This document shows positions 41,436 through 54,419 of a stretch of DNA of 64,000 nt, piece after piece; position 1 is the stretch's first letter, and every line of letters begins with the position of its first letter. Source of the DNA: Trichoplax adhaerens (taxonomy: Eukaryota > Animalia > Placozoa); NCBI RefSeq assembly GCF_000150275.1, contig NW_002060948.1:2658180-2722179 (forward strand). The letters run 5' to 3'. A program made the position numbers and the translations under genes. The notes beneath the pieces are model-generated. The model had not been told where the DNA came from and did no database searches. It saw nothing but the letters and a program-made list of their open reading frames with translations.

Positions 41436-42462
41436 TTAAAAAAGATAAAATTCTATTGTAACTTGTATCCTCTTATAGTACTACAAAACGATATTATGTA
41501 CCATACTTGTACCCATAATTACATATAATGGACTAGTAATCTAAGTTATATTATAATTACGACTATCTTGCAAGGGTAATATTAATAGATTCGACATCAA
41601 TTTCTTTTTTAAAACTCTTTATAGCTTCGACAGCTTTTTTGGTACTATGTAATATGTATCAATTTAGTTTATTATCGCCACAATATTTTGTTTCAACTAA
41701 TGCTTCTATTTTATAAGCATAAATATGTTATATATATATATATAATATATATATACTGCATATGTAATAGCATAATTATCGTAGGATTGACATAACGCGT
41801 AACTAATAAAATAAATATGGCAAAATAGATTGCTATTCTTATCCCAATGGCCTATTTCATTGTCAAAATACAGTATAAGCTTGCATAGTTAAGATACTAT
41901 ATCTACTTGAAAGATACCAGAAAAATATTAGCAAGGTAACATCTGAACGTAGGTCAATTTTAAACTATATAGTATAAGAACGGTGATTTTATCCACAGGT
42001 ATGAGGATACCATCAACGTTTTGCGATATTTTGGAACAATAGCCGAATTATCCTTCCTTGATTTACATGATCTCCATACAATTAATCGTTTCTAATTCTC
42101 TTTTCATTATATTGATCGAAAAAATTTCATCATGTGCATCGAACATTTAATTCATATACACATTACTGTATAATTTATACATCATAATTGATACAAGAAC
42201 AACTATACAATATATTATAGGCCATAGTACAATTATTTGGCATAATATATAACAGTATATCATCTAAGTACGTTGGTCCCTTCGAGAAAACAGTTATATG
42301 GGCGTATTACAAAGACCAAAATTCATATAGACAGTATAAACATCACATCTATGCATCGTAATATTTCAGGATAAACTGACACTTTTCTTACAGAATCCGA
42401 AGTAAAAATATATATCACAATATAACATATATATGATACCTCAAAAAGGGAGCTAATTACAC

Positions 42463-43610
42463 TCACGAATCCTGTAACAGTATGTTTATTAAAAGCGACA
42501 TAATAGACTTTCGGGCACTATCATATTCATATAGGAATGTTAATAATTTAGGATCATACTTAGACTTATCTAACAGGCTGAATGGAAATTCTGGATGAAC
42601 GCCAGATAAAACGGCTATGCCTTTCCCGACATTACATTTTATAATAGCTGCTCCATCCCATGGATTGTGGCCATCAGATACTTAACAAAATTAATTAAAG
42701 AATTGAAAGATGATTAAAGAGGGCTGGGAGCTATGCATTCAATAGCAATGCATCGATTTTTACAGATAATAATAAAATAGAATATTGCACAAATTGTAGG
42801 GTGAATTTGATTAAATATCTATATACGTGAGCTTATTAGTAACTACTGTATACACGTAAATCGTGCCGCTACAAGTAATCATGGATTCCTAATTATTAAC
42901 TGTTACAGATTATGCTACATTGTGCAATCTTAAAGGATGCAATGGTTACCTTTCTCCCTGTACTTTGCTAACACTTCTATTTGGGGCAGGTCAGAATCAG
43001 AAAGGGATTTGGGTACAAATTCACAACCACCATTATAATATAGCCTACAAAATGTTGACGACAATTGATTAGCAAGTAGGTCGCCTAGGACAAGATTTGC
43101 AGCAGTACTTCCACGATTGTTATTATACTGAAAGCCAGGGTAAACTGTCCCCCTAGCTATTCCAGGAAAGAACTCTAGCTCGTTATTTCGACAGATCTCT
43201 AATGTTGTCCCTTTTTCAAATTCGACAGCACTACTTGCAAAATAAGCACCAGCACCAAGACCTAAATAACTGCCACCCTTCTGAACATAACTGTTAATGT
43301 AATGGCAACCTTTACCAGCTAGCTTCTTGGCATACGGCGATGCTCTACCTCCTGGAATAATTAAAACCTTGACAGGTGATTCATTTAATTTTAAAATATC
43401 GTCAGCCATAATCAACTCAACATGATACTCATTTTGTAATGAACAATTTCGCAAGGTCTCCATTACACCACTATAAACTAGATCAATATTAGCCACGCCA
43501 TCATCAGAATAAATCCAAATCTTCATTTTCGTCCTTACCAATTGACAAAGAAAGAAATTGCCTATTAAAAGTCGTCTAAAGCTTCGATAGCTTGCAAAAC
43601 TTTGCAGCAT
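42463..43610 (-). CDS. Standalone biotin-protein-ligase N-terminal (BPL_N, class-I GATase-like) domain protein; 2 exons (43610-42950, 42680-42463), ~292 aa
   Basis: KIWIYSDDGV...LIIPGGRASPYAKKLAGKG...INSYVQKGGSYLGLGAGAYFASSAVEFEKG...LEFFPGIARGTVYPGFQYN...LYYNGGCEF...VLAKY|...AAIIKCNVGKGIAVLSGVHPEF is the BPL_N pattern; phase-1 GT-AG intron 42949-42681; alternative ATG at 43526. Confidence 0.85.
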
Positions 43611-43634
43611 AGGTAGCAATTTTGCAGGTCTTCT

Positions 43635-43780
43635 TGCTGTACTAGTGTAGAGTATACAGTACAGTAAGCATACGATTAATATCGATAGTATATGTGTCAC
43701 GGTATGCACTGCAGGAGGTAGTGATAGTAGTGGTGTGCGCTGTACACTACAATGTGATACACTATACAGTATACAATAAC
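43635..43780. repeat. Weaker CAGTA/TACTG patch upstream of the BPL_N gene
   Basis: ctgtactagtgtagagtatacagtacagtaag...ctgtacactac...ctatacagtatac. Confidence 0.55.
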
Positions 43781-46187
43781 GCATGAAAGATTGGTATTAC
43801 TCTCATCAGCTTAGGAGGCAGGAAAATGGAGATTTAATCGAAGTTCGAGTAAAACTAACCACTAGCTCCTCATCTTTTATTGATTGAAATATGATGGTTT
43901 ATGTAAGTATACTGTTCATGATTACAATCTATAATTATAGTAAGATTATAAAATTGTGGATTAATGAGTATACGACTGGTATGGAGTACCATCCACAATT
44001 AATACATGGAATTGAGAAGAGTAATATCGAATAGGTGTGATCAGTATACTTTTACACTATCATGATAGTACTAGCACAATTGTAGAGTCCATCTTTATAA
44101 TATACCATAAGTAATTAATCACAATTATTATGTAACCTTTACAATGGTAAATTGGAGCTTGAATAGGTAAATAGCAAACTGTAACAATCGCAAATTTGTA
44201 GCATACTAAATTCAGATAATATCGAAATTGAACTAAGGCAAGCACGCGGCAGTAATATCTAATATAATGTAGATATACGCTATACTGACTAGTAATAATA
44301 ATATATATAGTATACACCTGTATATATACATAGATCATCAAGCACAATCTAACAAATATGATGAAGTATATAATAAAAATTGTCGTATAGTTCACCCCTG
44401 CGTGCTCTTTGAACTTAAAAATTAGAGAAAGCTACATTCTTCTAGATCATATCGTCTGTTAATAATTGAGTACAGTATACTGTTATAATAATAATCCTTC
44501 TTTTTATTAATTTTGCCTATTAATAATAATGCATTATTAATTTGTAAATAATTGACTGTAATAAAAAGTGATATTTCTTGTAACTATAGCACTCGTACAT
44601 GGTTGAACACTGGTATACGTAATAAATGGGGCAGATAGAATGAAACCCTTCTGCAATTTACGGAATTAAAATGGAGAAAGGGCCCTTTTCTTCTAGTCGT
44701 TTATTCAATAAGATAAATAATGCTAGAAGTGATTAAACATAAGTGTATACCAGCATATATTGACACAATTAAACATATAAGTAAAATAATAATAACAACC
44801 GTATACGATATGTTACTGGTGATAAAGAACTGCTGTCATTAAAATTGTATAAAAATGATGGTGATGTTTTCTTGGATTAGGATAACATGAATGCAGCTAC
44901 TGCATCTTCTTCAAAGTCTGAATTCGAAAGACACTCATAAAAAAAACATGTTAGTAACCAATAAATGAATACTGTATAGATAGCGTTAAAAATAACAGCT
45001 ACTTTTCTGTTATTACTTATATTGACGTGCAAATTTATGTCATTACCGTAATGTTAAATGTAGTAAGATTAAATTTGTAATAAAATCAGTGAAGGAAGCT
45101 TTATTTGCTAGTATAGCTATTTATTTCTCAAATATTGTCTTTGTTAATTGGTCACGAACTTACTGGAAAAGTAATAGAATCTGATATCCATTGTAATAAC
45201 TTACAAAAGTTATTAAGCTGTTGAATATTTTCTTTTCTTAATTGCTATACCTATTAACATAAAACAAAATCCCGGTCTGACATCAGTAATAATTAATGGA
45301 GAAACAGTCGTTTATCAGCATGTAGATTTCACTGTCACTTAGTGACTTTCTTAATTACCTTGCATACTGGCATTGAAAAGTAATAAGGTCAGACAAGCTA
45401 TATTAAATACCGAAGGAACCGTTGCTTTGTAGAGATATAGATTTACTTCTTAAATGGTTCCTCTTCCCAGCCGCTTTTCGTGCCTATCATGACGATAGCG
45501 GTATTTGAAATAACATTATGCCATAAATAGCTTTATACGAGAGTTACACTTCATCGCGTCTTTACCAAAATCACAGCAACATTTACAATTCTATTGCTAG
45601 TGATTGACATTACCATATGGCAACCGCTATAATAACGGACTAATATATACATTACTTCCTAAATGAACAATTCATATCAGAGATTGAGTATCTACCGTCT
45701 ATCAATAGACTATTGACAATATTTATAACACGGGACTAAACACTGAGCGTCGTTTATTCAAAATTACATAAAATATCAAGTAATATCATTAACTTCCTGT
45801 TGAAATTCATTCCTAGAACAAATACCGTCTAAATACCAATGACAATAGAGGCATCATATGTTTTCTCAATTCAAGAATCCTCTATTATTACGTAAAAGCC
45901 TGAAATTAAAGACGTCATTACGTCTTCTAGAACAATTTTCAAGATCCACAAGTAGTAGTGTAAAATTTCAGGCAGAGATAATATTAAATTATGAACGCTG
46001 TTGTGAATACGAATACGTCTACGACCGAATTTTAAGCTGTGACATTGCAAGAAAATCTTTCATTACTGGGAAAATAGCCACAACATCAGATTCTACATTC
46101 CATTCATTAAACGTTAAGTCCAAAAATCAAACTGAAGAACGACCATTACAAATAATTTTGTGTCCAGTATTCATCATAAGATCAAAT

Positions 46188-49085
46188 ATGTCGACAACAT
46201 ATAGCGAAACAGATGATGATAATCCAAAATACCAGCGTGAAAGTTACGTATACCCAACATTTTCTCTACCGATAGTCAACCAGTTTAATGCCATGATGCG
46301 AAGAGTGGTAATCCTTTGCAGTTTCAGTATATTCTTGGGAGTTATTCTCATTGCTATTGGTATTACTTCCATTTTTGTTCCATCCATGGGATCGATGCGT
46401 ATATATCATCCATTATGGATTGGAGGAATGGTAAGTCGCTAATCATTTTATACCCTCTCAGCATCGATTGTTTACTTCAATAATAGTGAAAATGAAACAT
46501 CCCAACTTTGTATCTACGATAAATCTTACCGGAAGCAATATTTGCTGTATAATATTTTACAATGATAAATTATAATTAAAATGAAAATAGATTGAAATAG
46601 TCGATAATCAAATGTTAAAGAAACTTAATATTCAAATCAACCGTAGTTCCTATAAGTAAAAGGAAAATGACAGCATTATACGTGATTCTGTTGGTATTAA
46701 TCTTTAACATCCCTTTTAAGAGAAAGTTTAAAGGACCTTTATGACTTTACTAGAGCAAATTTGAGTCACAATAAATTATGGGGATAACTGAAGCAGTTAA
46801 GTCTCTCCACATATCATAGTACACTAACAACGGTAGTAAACTCGCTCTACAAGGCTTCTTTTAGTTTCTTTATAAGTCTTGCTTCTAAAATTTTGTTAAA
46901 TAGGGTAGAAAGTCATAGCATTTATCGTTTAATCATGTTCTAGTGTTAATTCACCACTCAGGCAACTTTGTAGTCATAGTTAATATGGCAAAGTCCATAA
47001 TCGTAATGCTAGATAAGATAGTTAATACTTTATTATTATATTTACTATTGGACCAGAGAGAGGTTGTTTAGGTGGGGAAATGTGACAGCCTGGCTGCATC
47101 GCATTTCCCTGATTGGTCAAAAATACTAGAAAAGTTATTTTCTGATTGGAGTAGTTGATCGGCCAGTCCTCTGGTCGATTATATGACTACCAGTTAAAGT
47201 TATTTAAATTTGGCTGACATACGAGCATATTGATATAGATAGTTATTATGTGTAGAAAGCAATGAGATGATTAAATCTTATTTCAGGATAGTTCACTTAG
47301 ACAATGCTGTCACATAGGTTAAGATTATACATGAGTAGCAGGTTAAAAATGTGTGCTAATTGAAAATAATCATGTTAGAAATACTATAGAAGAGAAGCGT
47401 GCCCTTGTAAAGGATATTAAACAGATTATGATTGTTTACAAGTAAGATGATTCCTATAAAAATTGGAGCAATTCGAACACCAGAGTATGAGCTAATCCAA
47501 GTTCTGCCTCTACTGCTCTTAATTGTGTATACTCCGGGCAAATACAGTATTACATGAAGTAGAAAAAGTGAGTCAAATTCAGTAATTTATTTAAGACTTT
47601 TACATTGTGTCCCTTCATCATAGAGATTAATTTGCGATAAAAATTAAAAATTGGATTGATTTGAAGGGAAGATTTAAAAATGAAATGTCTAACAGAGAAT
47701 ATTAAATTATTTTCATAAACTATATACAACTCGCGCTCTTACTAGCCAATAATGCTTGCTGTCTCTATCAAAGAAATCTCGCTAGATTAGTCAATACGTA
47801 ATGCGGTTAAAATTTAAATAAAAGGTAACACAGAACAGCGAATTTACTTTTACTCTGATTCATGTTTTTCATGATTTACGATAGTTATCTCATTGATCGC
47901 GTAATATTACTGGAACTAAACTTCCATTTAAGCAGAAAATTATAAATGGGAATCAACAGTGCATTCAAATACAGTATTTAATTTCCAATACTTTAACTTA
48001 TATTCTTAAAAATAAAATTGATGGTCTTTCCGCAAGTGTAAAACGATATCATTAGACTGGGTAGGTACTCAAATCATTCAACATTATCATCAACTGATTA
48101 CAACACTGCAGCCTCAGATAGCTGTCATCTAGAACTTCCATTTCTTTACTGATACCATTTACTGTAGACCTGACATCAACAAGAAATTTTCTATTAGGAA
48201 TTACGAAATAATAGATACGTCTTCTTAAAATATCGTAAAATTGTCCGATTTTAATTGTTGTAATTGCAGCAAACGTTGCATTTCAAAGGCCTTTCTACAG
48301 AAACTAGAGCTAGTGGAAGACATCGTAGTTATAATGATATTCCTTTCTTATTAAAATCATTTTTTGACAACTCTAACAACATGGCACAGTAAGGCACAAA
48401 ATTATTTCAAGAAATTGAGGCAGTACCATATCATACCATAACTTTGCTATTGAAACTCTGCTAAAACATCGATTGTGTAACATTTTATGCCTATCAATTT
48501 TGATCAATTTAATATAGCGCAATTAATGTAGTATTCGATCAGTACAAAGAAAAATAGTAAATTACAATACGGTATAACATGGATAGAGCTACGAGAAAAT
48601 GATTGCAAAAAAGTTGATAATAGACTAAATAAAAGACAAACCAACAATCCATATTAATATAACTATTCATCTAACAACGTTTACCATTAGATAATAATTA
48701 CTGCAATATTTGGCATCATTGGTTACCGAAAGAACGTAACAAGGCCAATTATAGTAAGTATGAGAATTCACTTCCTAAATGAAATTGAGCATGATAAATA
48801 ACCATGTAAATCTAATCTTAAATTTGTATTTTATAGATGCACATCAACTTAATCTTGAATATTTTATCGATCACAGCCACAGTGGGTGGATGTATTATGT
48901 GCGTCATAGCTATTATAGAAGGAGTAGAAAATAACGCTTCTATCGGTCAAATTGCAGCTATTAACATCTGTCTTATTCTCATGTACTTAATTATCTTTTC
49001 CTCCTATGTTTACTGCATTATCGTATACTTTTTAGTTATTAAAAGCCCTGTTATCTTAATAACATCTGGTACTAGAATGAGTTAG
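46188..49085 (+). CDS. MS4A/CD20-like four-helix membrane protein, copy 1 (exons 46188-46430, 48691-48753, 48837-49085; 184 aa)
   Basis: ...VVILCSFSIFLGVILIAIGITSIFV...IYHPLWIGGM|IIITAIFGIIGYRKNVTRPII|MHINLILNILSITATVGGCIMCVIAII...AAINICLILMYLIIFSSYVYCIIVYF; four hydrophobic segments, phase-0 introns. Confidence 0.75.
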
Positions 49086-52000
49086 TGTTTGATTTATACA
49101 AGATACTGTCTATGCAACATTGCGTCATTTGGATGCCGTTATAAAATTAAATCGATCAAAGCCGTCCGAAAGATTAAGATTGTTTAAATTATTGGGATTT
49201 AAATGATAACTATTCCCAGCTCAATAACGGCACCATCATAATGTAATATACAACTTATAACTATATACTCAGCCAATGATATATAACAAAATTATTATGA
49301 CTCTAACACTAGTTTAGAAATGCACTTCACCGATTTAATCTCTACTTCAAAATACGTACGTAATTTTAACGTGTTATTTTCATGGCTTCAATTCCACTAA
49401 TTCATTACTTTTATCTTAACTTAACTTTAAATTAACAATTTATCCCTAATGTGTGTTTAAAAATATCGTATGCTATCTAGTTTAAACTATCACCATGGAA
49501 AAATGTGTACACGTTAATAAAAAATAATACCCTCAACTGTCAAGAATCTTTGATAGTTTTAATTTTATCTTGAATTCTCTAAATTAAATTAAATTAGGTA
49601 CAAAATAGATACTAGGCAGGGCAGTTCACATATACAGTTTTTAAATCAGTTGAGTAGACATGATAGTATTACGGTTAATGCCTGTTTTACTAATTTTAAA
49701 ATTAGGAGCACGACTTCAGCTAAAATAAATACTAAGCTAAAGAAAATATTACAGTGAGTGATAATGTTGCATGAATGCATATCCTATGACATGATAAATT
49801 AGATCTCGATGATAGCTTTGCGCATCGCAATTAATGCTTTGTCTTTAGTTTTGGCGCAAAACATTAGTTTCTGTAACGTATCCAAGGTAATAATATCAGT
49901 CTCATTAAAATAGATACCGTTTGAATTGGATTGTAATTAACGAAGTATTGATTTTATGCGCCAGACACACCCTATCACGATGGCTATCATCTCGTTTATG
50001 ACCTCGGGGTTATTATTAACGATTATGTAATGACAGTCAGACCTCGCAAGCATCTATTTATACGCATAGATTCAATCCACCCCCTAGCATCGAGCTAATA
50101 ATTATAACAAATGATTAAACGTAAGGAATCATATATTACCTAAATGTTTTCACTTTGCGGAGTCATATTGTATTCTAATTAGCCATTATTAATAAGTACT
50201 TAATTAATTGGATCAATCCGTAAATTATGATCGTTCTCTCTGATAGCAATCAGGCCGTTCGGTTATTCTGCAAATAAGAGACTTTAGTGCATTAATTTAA
50301 CCCTACCTTCATGAAATAGCTCTTACATGAAGTCTATTCTAGATGATACTCGCAACCATAGTTATGAGTAATAGAGTAGCAAACATCTCTATAGGCACTA
50401 TCGATTAGAATGTTCTAGGCCAATTTGATAGTCTGTAAAGCTCAACTTTATTTGATATGTGAAAGACAGATTTCATCCTTTAATATAAGTTAATATAATA
50501 GCTGCGATAATTATTAATTATTAAGCCTGAGCGAGCTTTGCGACCAATTATGCCCCAATTTTTCGGTGGTGGACAACTGCAATATTCTTACATGAACAAC
50601 ATCCAGTTTTAATTTGGACTTAAACCCATTAAATAAATAAAATACACCACACAATACAAGCAGATAAAAATCGATCGAATACTGTCATAAAATACAAAAT
50701 AAGAAGTTAGACTATGAACTCTTTGCCGATTTGATTGTCAGATGATCTTAACGGATGGTAATATTTGCTACTATCAGGTATCAACATATCTAAGTATGAT
50801 AATATAATTTTAAATAATAAATTCGCTATACAAGAATGTTTGCAGGTTACCTAGCACAAATTCTAATTCACTTGTGGTAGCTAGGAAATATTTATATTGT
50901 GCGCACTGAACCGATTGGCGGATTTGATTAAAAGTAGGTCTGAGCTTCTTTATTAATCTTATTACAAGTATACAGTCGCTCCTAAATAATAGGTTAAGTT
51001 ATCCATTAATCAATAAGAACTCGAGGTAAATCTATGGCCTATATCAGGCAATGTGAAATTTTTTACATTGATACGCGTATCGTAGCAGTTTAAATTTGTT
51101 ATATTATTTGTAAGTGAGAAGATTTCATTCGAATTAGTTATTCCTATACAGCTATTTATAATTTATAGTTGTTTTTTGACAACATATAGTTGTAGGAAAC
51201 ATTTCTCCTCTGCATAGCCAGCTAATAAAAGTATATTGAACCTGACCTGTACGCCATGTTGCATAGGATGTACAATGCAGAGTTTTACGATAAATTGCTG
51301 GATATGAGTTTTATGTAAGTTTAGAATGCCAAGATTTTAGTCGTTTATTTTCAATTCTGATAACATCGCTTATGAGTTTAGATTAATGAAAGTACTACAT
51401 TTGATTACTTTTATTTAAATAGAAGTGCCTTCTAATTATAATTAATATTTGCAATAATTTATTTTTATGCTATAAAATTATTTAATTCAACAGTCAAATT
51501 AACTAATTTCTCGTGCCTCATGCATACACATACCAGAAAATTTTTCAGGTCAGCTATTTCGTGTCTACCACGCCGGTTACTTCAAAACGCTATTGCTTAA
51601 AAGCGCTATTGGCATCCAAAACTTGTTATAGTATGCATAGAACTGTGATACTTTGCTTAGTTCAACCTAATAGTACATAAATGGGATCCTAACGTACTCT
51701 TATAAATTAAGGGTAATTATACATTGTATGTAATACTTAATGTTTTATTCGTTTCAATTATGAAATCTAAAATGCTGAAAGATAACTATTAAACGCCAAT
51801 TTAAGATTATAATAATATTATTTTTCGTTGAGCCATAAATTTAAATTATTGCTGCCACGATGCTTTCAAAAGGACAATGCCTTACATTAATCTATTTTAA
51901 TTGTCTTTTATTGATTTTTGCCAAAAAACTTATTTCATCAAAAGCATGAACTTTAAATATTGAATACACGTTGTTACCATATAACGTACTACTCAGCTTT

Positions 52001-52594
52001 CTAATAATATTGCAGTATGAAACCTTTAATATTACCACTAGCATATTAATATTTTTATTTTCTAGCAGAAATAAATAAACAAACTTTACTAATTAGCCCA
52101 AGCAAATAAAAATCGGGTGTATTAAGCTCCTTATTTATAGTTAAAAACAGAAATATTACGAAGAAATATGCAACATAACAAACTTTATGCTGATAATAAT
52201 TTTTGTTGATAAATTAATAATTAATTGAATAAGAGGTCAGGAATAAAATGTATTTATCCATATTAAATTTCTCTGCTTCCAATCAATTTAGATGATGGAT
52301 TATCCGGTATTGAGGTGTACACAAAATAAATACGATAATATTCTAATATTGCATACTATTTACAACATACATACGGTAGATCTCGATATGACAAGAAATT
52401 ATTGTGAAACTTGCTGTAAACTTGTTTAGCAATTAAAAGTTCCGACGCATACTATTTTGTTGTACGTTTTAATTTAATTCCTCATATGAAATTTATCAAT
52501 TCTCTGGAATATAATTTGAAAATTATAAACAAGTAAGTTGCTGTAGCAACAACAATGATTTTAGAACTATTTACAGTGTTTACTGATATTCTTC

Positions 52595-52678
52595 ATGGGG
52601 GTCAATATTTACTTGATTTCAGCTCCATACTGATATTCTTTACATATAAAGCTGAATCAAGTGAATATTGACCCCCAT
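52595..52678. repeat. Imperfect ~29-bp inverted repeat with ~25-nt spacer (hairpin or tiny MITE)
   Basis: atgggggtcaatatttacttgatttcagct ... agctgaatcaagtgaatattgacccccat; one mismatch and one indel. Confidence 0.85.
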
Positions 52679-54419
52679 CCTTTTACACAATCAATTGCAA
52701 ATACTTTTATTATCTTCTCTATTTCACTTATGGGGTGTGTAAAATTACAGCCGTCGAAAACATTGTTGATACATTAAAGGTCAGAGTTTAGAAACTAATA
52801 GATAATGTTGTACAAAGAAGACTGTCCACCTATCGTGAGATAATATTACGATGATATATTACTAAATCTTATACAAACATTATAAAACTGTATTAATATA
52901 AGTTTGTATTAATAGTGTCTCTTAGGCTCAATATATAAAAATGTTTTCAAAAAGATTTAAGGACAAGGCAATCCTGAAAATTGTATAATATTAAAAACTT
53001 AGGTCTGATGATGGGCAGAGTTATGACAGGCAAGGTAGCAACGGGCGTTGCAACTTACTGTTGACAAATTCGATAAATTATTCATCTAGGTTAAACATGA
53101 GAGACTACGTTAGCTCTTTATTTTGGTAGTCTGCCAAAGAATAACTTAAACTACTATGTACGCCAATTAATATACAGTATGTAACATCTATATATCAGCT
53201 TGACCCATAACATCTACAATAGGAGATCAAAGAATGATTTACATTATCTTATAAGCTTTTATGCAATACTCCTCTAAAGATTGTTTTGAGCATGAAGAAA
53301 GTATTAAATTCTATCCTTGTCAAAATAGCCGTAGCTAAGGAATATACTATGATTCATGGGCATGATAAAGCAATAGTTTACATCCCTATTACAGAGTTCA
53401 GAGCTTAGATCGACGTAATTTTTAACCAATAATTTGTCGTCTATTAATAGAGCATTATAACATTCCACAAAAGTATATTGTGCATTTATATAAAGAGCTA
53501 CAAATTATACAAATTATCATAGATTAAAACAATACAAAATTTGATACCTCTGCCCGGGAAGTAAGCAAGGAATTAAAATTGAGGGCGCCATATGATCAAT
53601 TAATTAAATCCGATAGCCTGGAAATGCACCTAAGCTACATTTTAAAGCTCCTCATCTAATTTAAGATGAATTTATGGTCATACTGTCGAGCTGCTGTAGG
53701 TTATATATCCATATAATTTCTAAAATCATCATAGACAAAGCTTACTAAAGCGTTGAGCACACACATAGTATCTAATACATTAAAAAAAATTTGTGTTGCG
53801 TGCGTCACGCTTATCTCGACCTATTTAAATACCAATATATACTATACATTATGAATATTTTCGCCAGCGAAGTCGGCGGGTTCAAAGTCATTATATTTAA
53901 AGAGATATTTGTAATGCTTTTCTTTATGTAGACTATAACTTACGATTAAAATAGATAGATTATAATAATACTATGTTACTAAAGAGATGACACCATTGCT
54001 TTGCCATCTAATTTACTATTGGTTGACGAGACAAAGCAAAGTGGTTGATGTCGATATTTTAAGGCGTAGATTGGAATTTCACCGATCAAATTCAAATGAA
54101 CTCTGAATGCTTGCGTCAATATTATATTAAAATCTAAGTTACCGCAGCAAATCAGTAGCGAGGATATAGTTCGTGTACCTTTTAATCCCATTCACATGCA
54201 AATTGTAGTTACTGGCCAAAAATCTATAAAAGGTAAAAGTTTTCTGGATTTTTAGTAGATATCAGATGATCCCATCATATCCACAGCTACACTAATAGCT
54301 TATTAGCCATTAGAGTTTGCAGTCTTTAATATCTTTCCAGATATTATTGGCACGTAGTGCAACTTGCTATATATCATTATCTCTTACCTGATTTACTATA
54401 ATCACATTGATTAACCACT

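Noticed and set aside
43611-43784. Longer N-terminus of the BPL_N ORF starting at 43784
   Set aside because: It overlaps the promoter-type repeat patch and translates to the same repeat-derived YCILYS pattern; ATG 43610 or 43526 is more credible
45858-46187. 110-aa N-terminal extension of MS4A-like copy 1 in the ORF track
   Set aside because: No counterpart in the paralogues, no recognisable motif, and an acceptor-like ttttgtgtccag at about 46167 suggests it is intron/UTR sequence
49100-54400. Hidden additional MS4A-like copy or transposase in the 5-kb gap
   Set aside because: No TM1-type exon, 63-nt exon or transposase-like ORF could be found by eye
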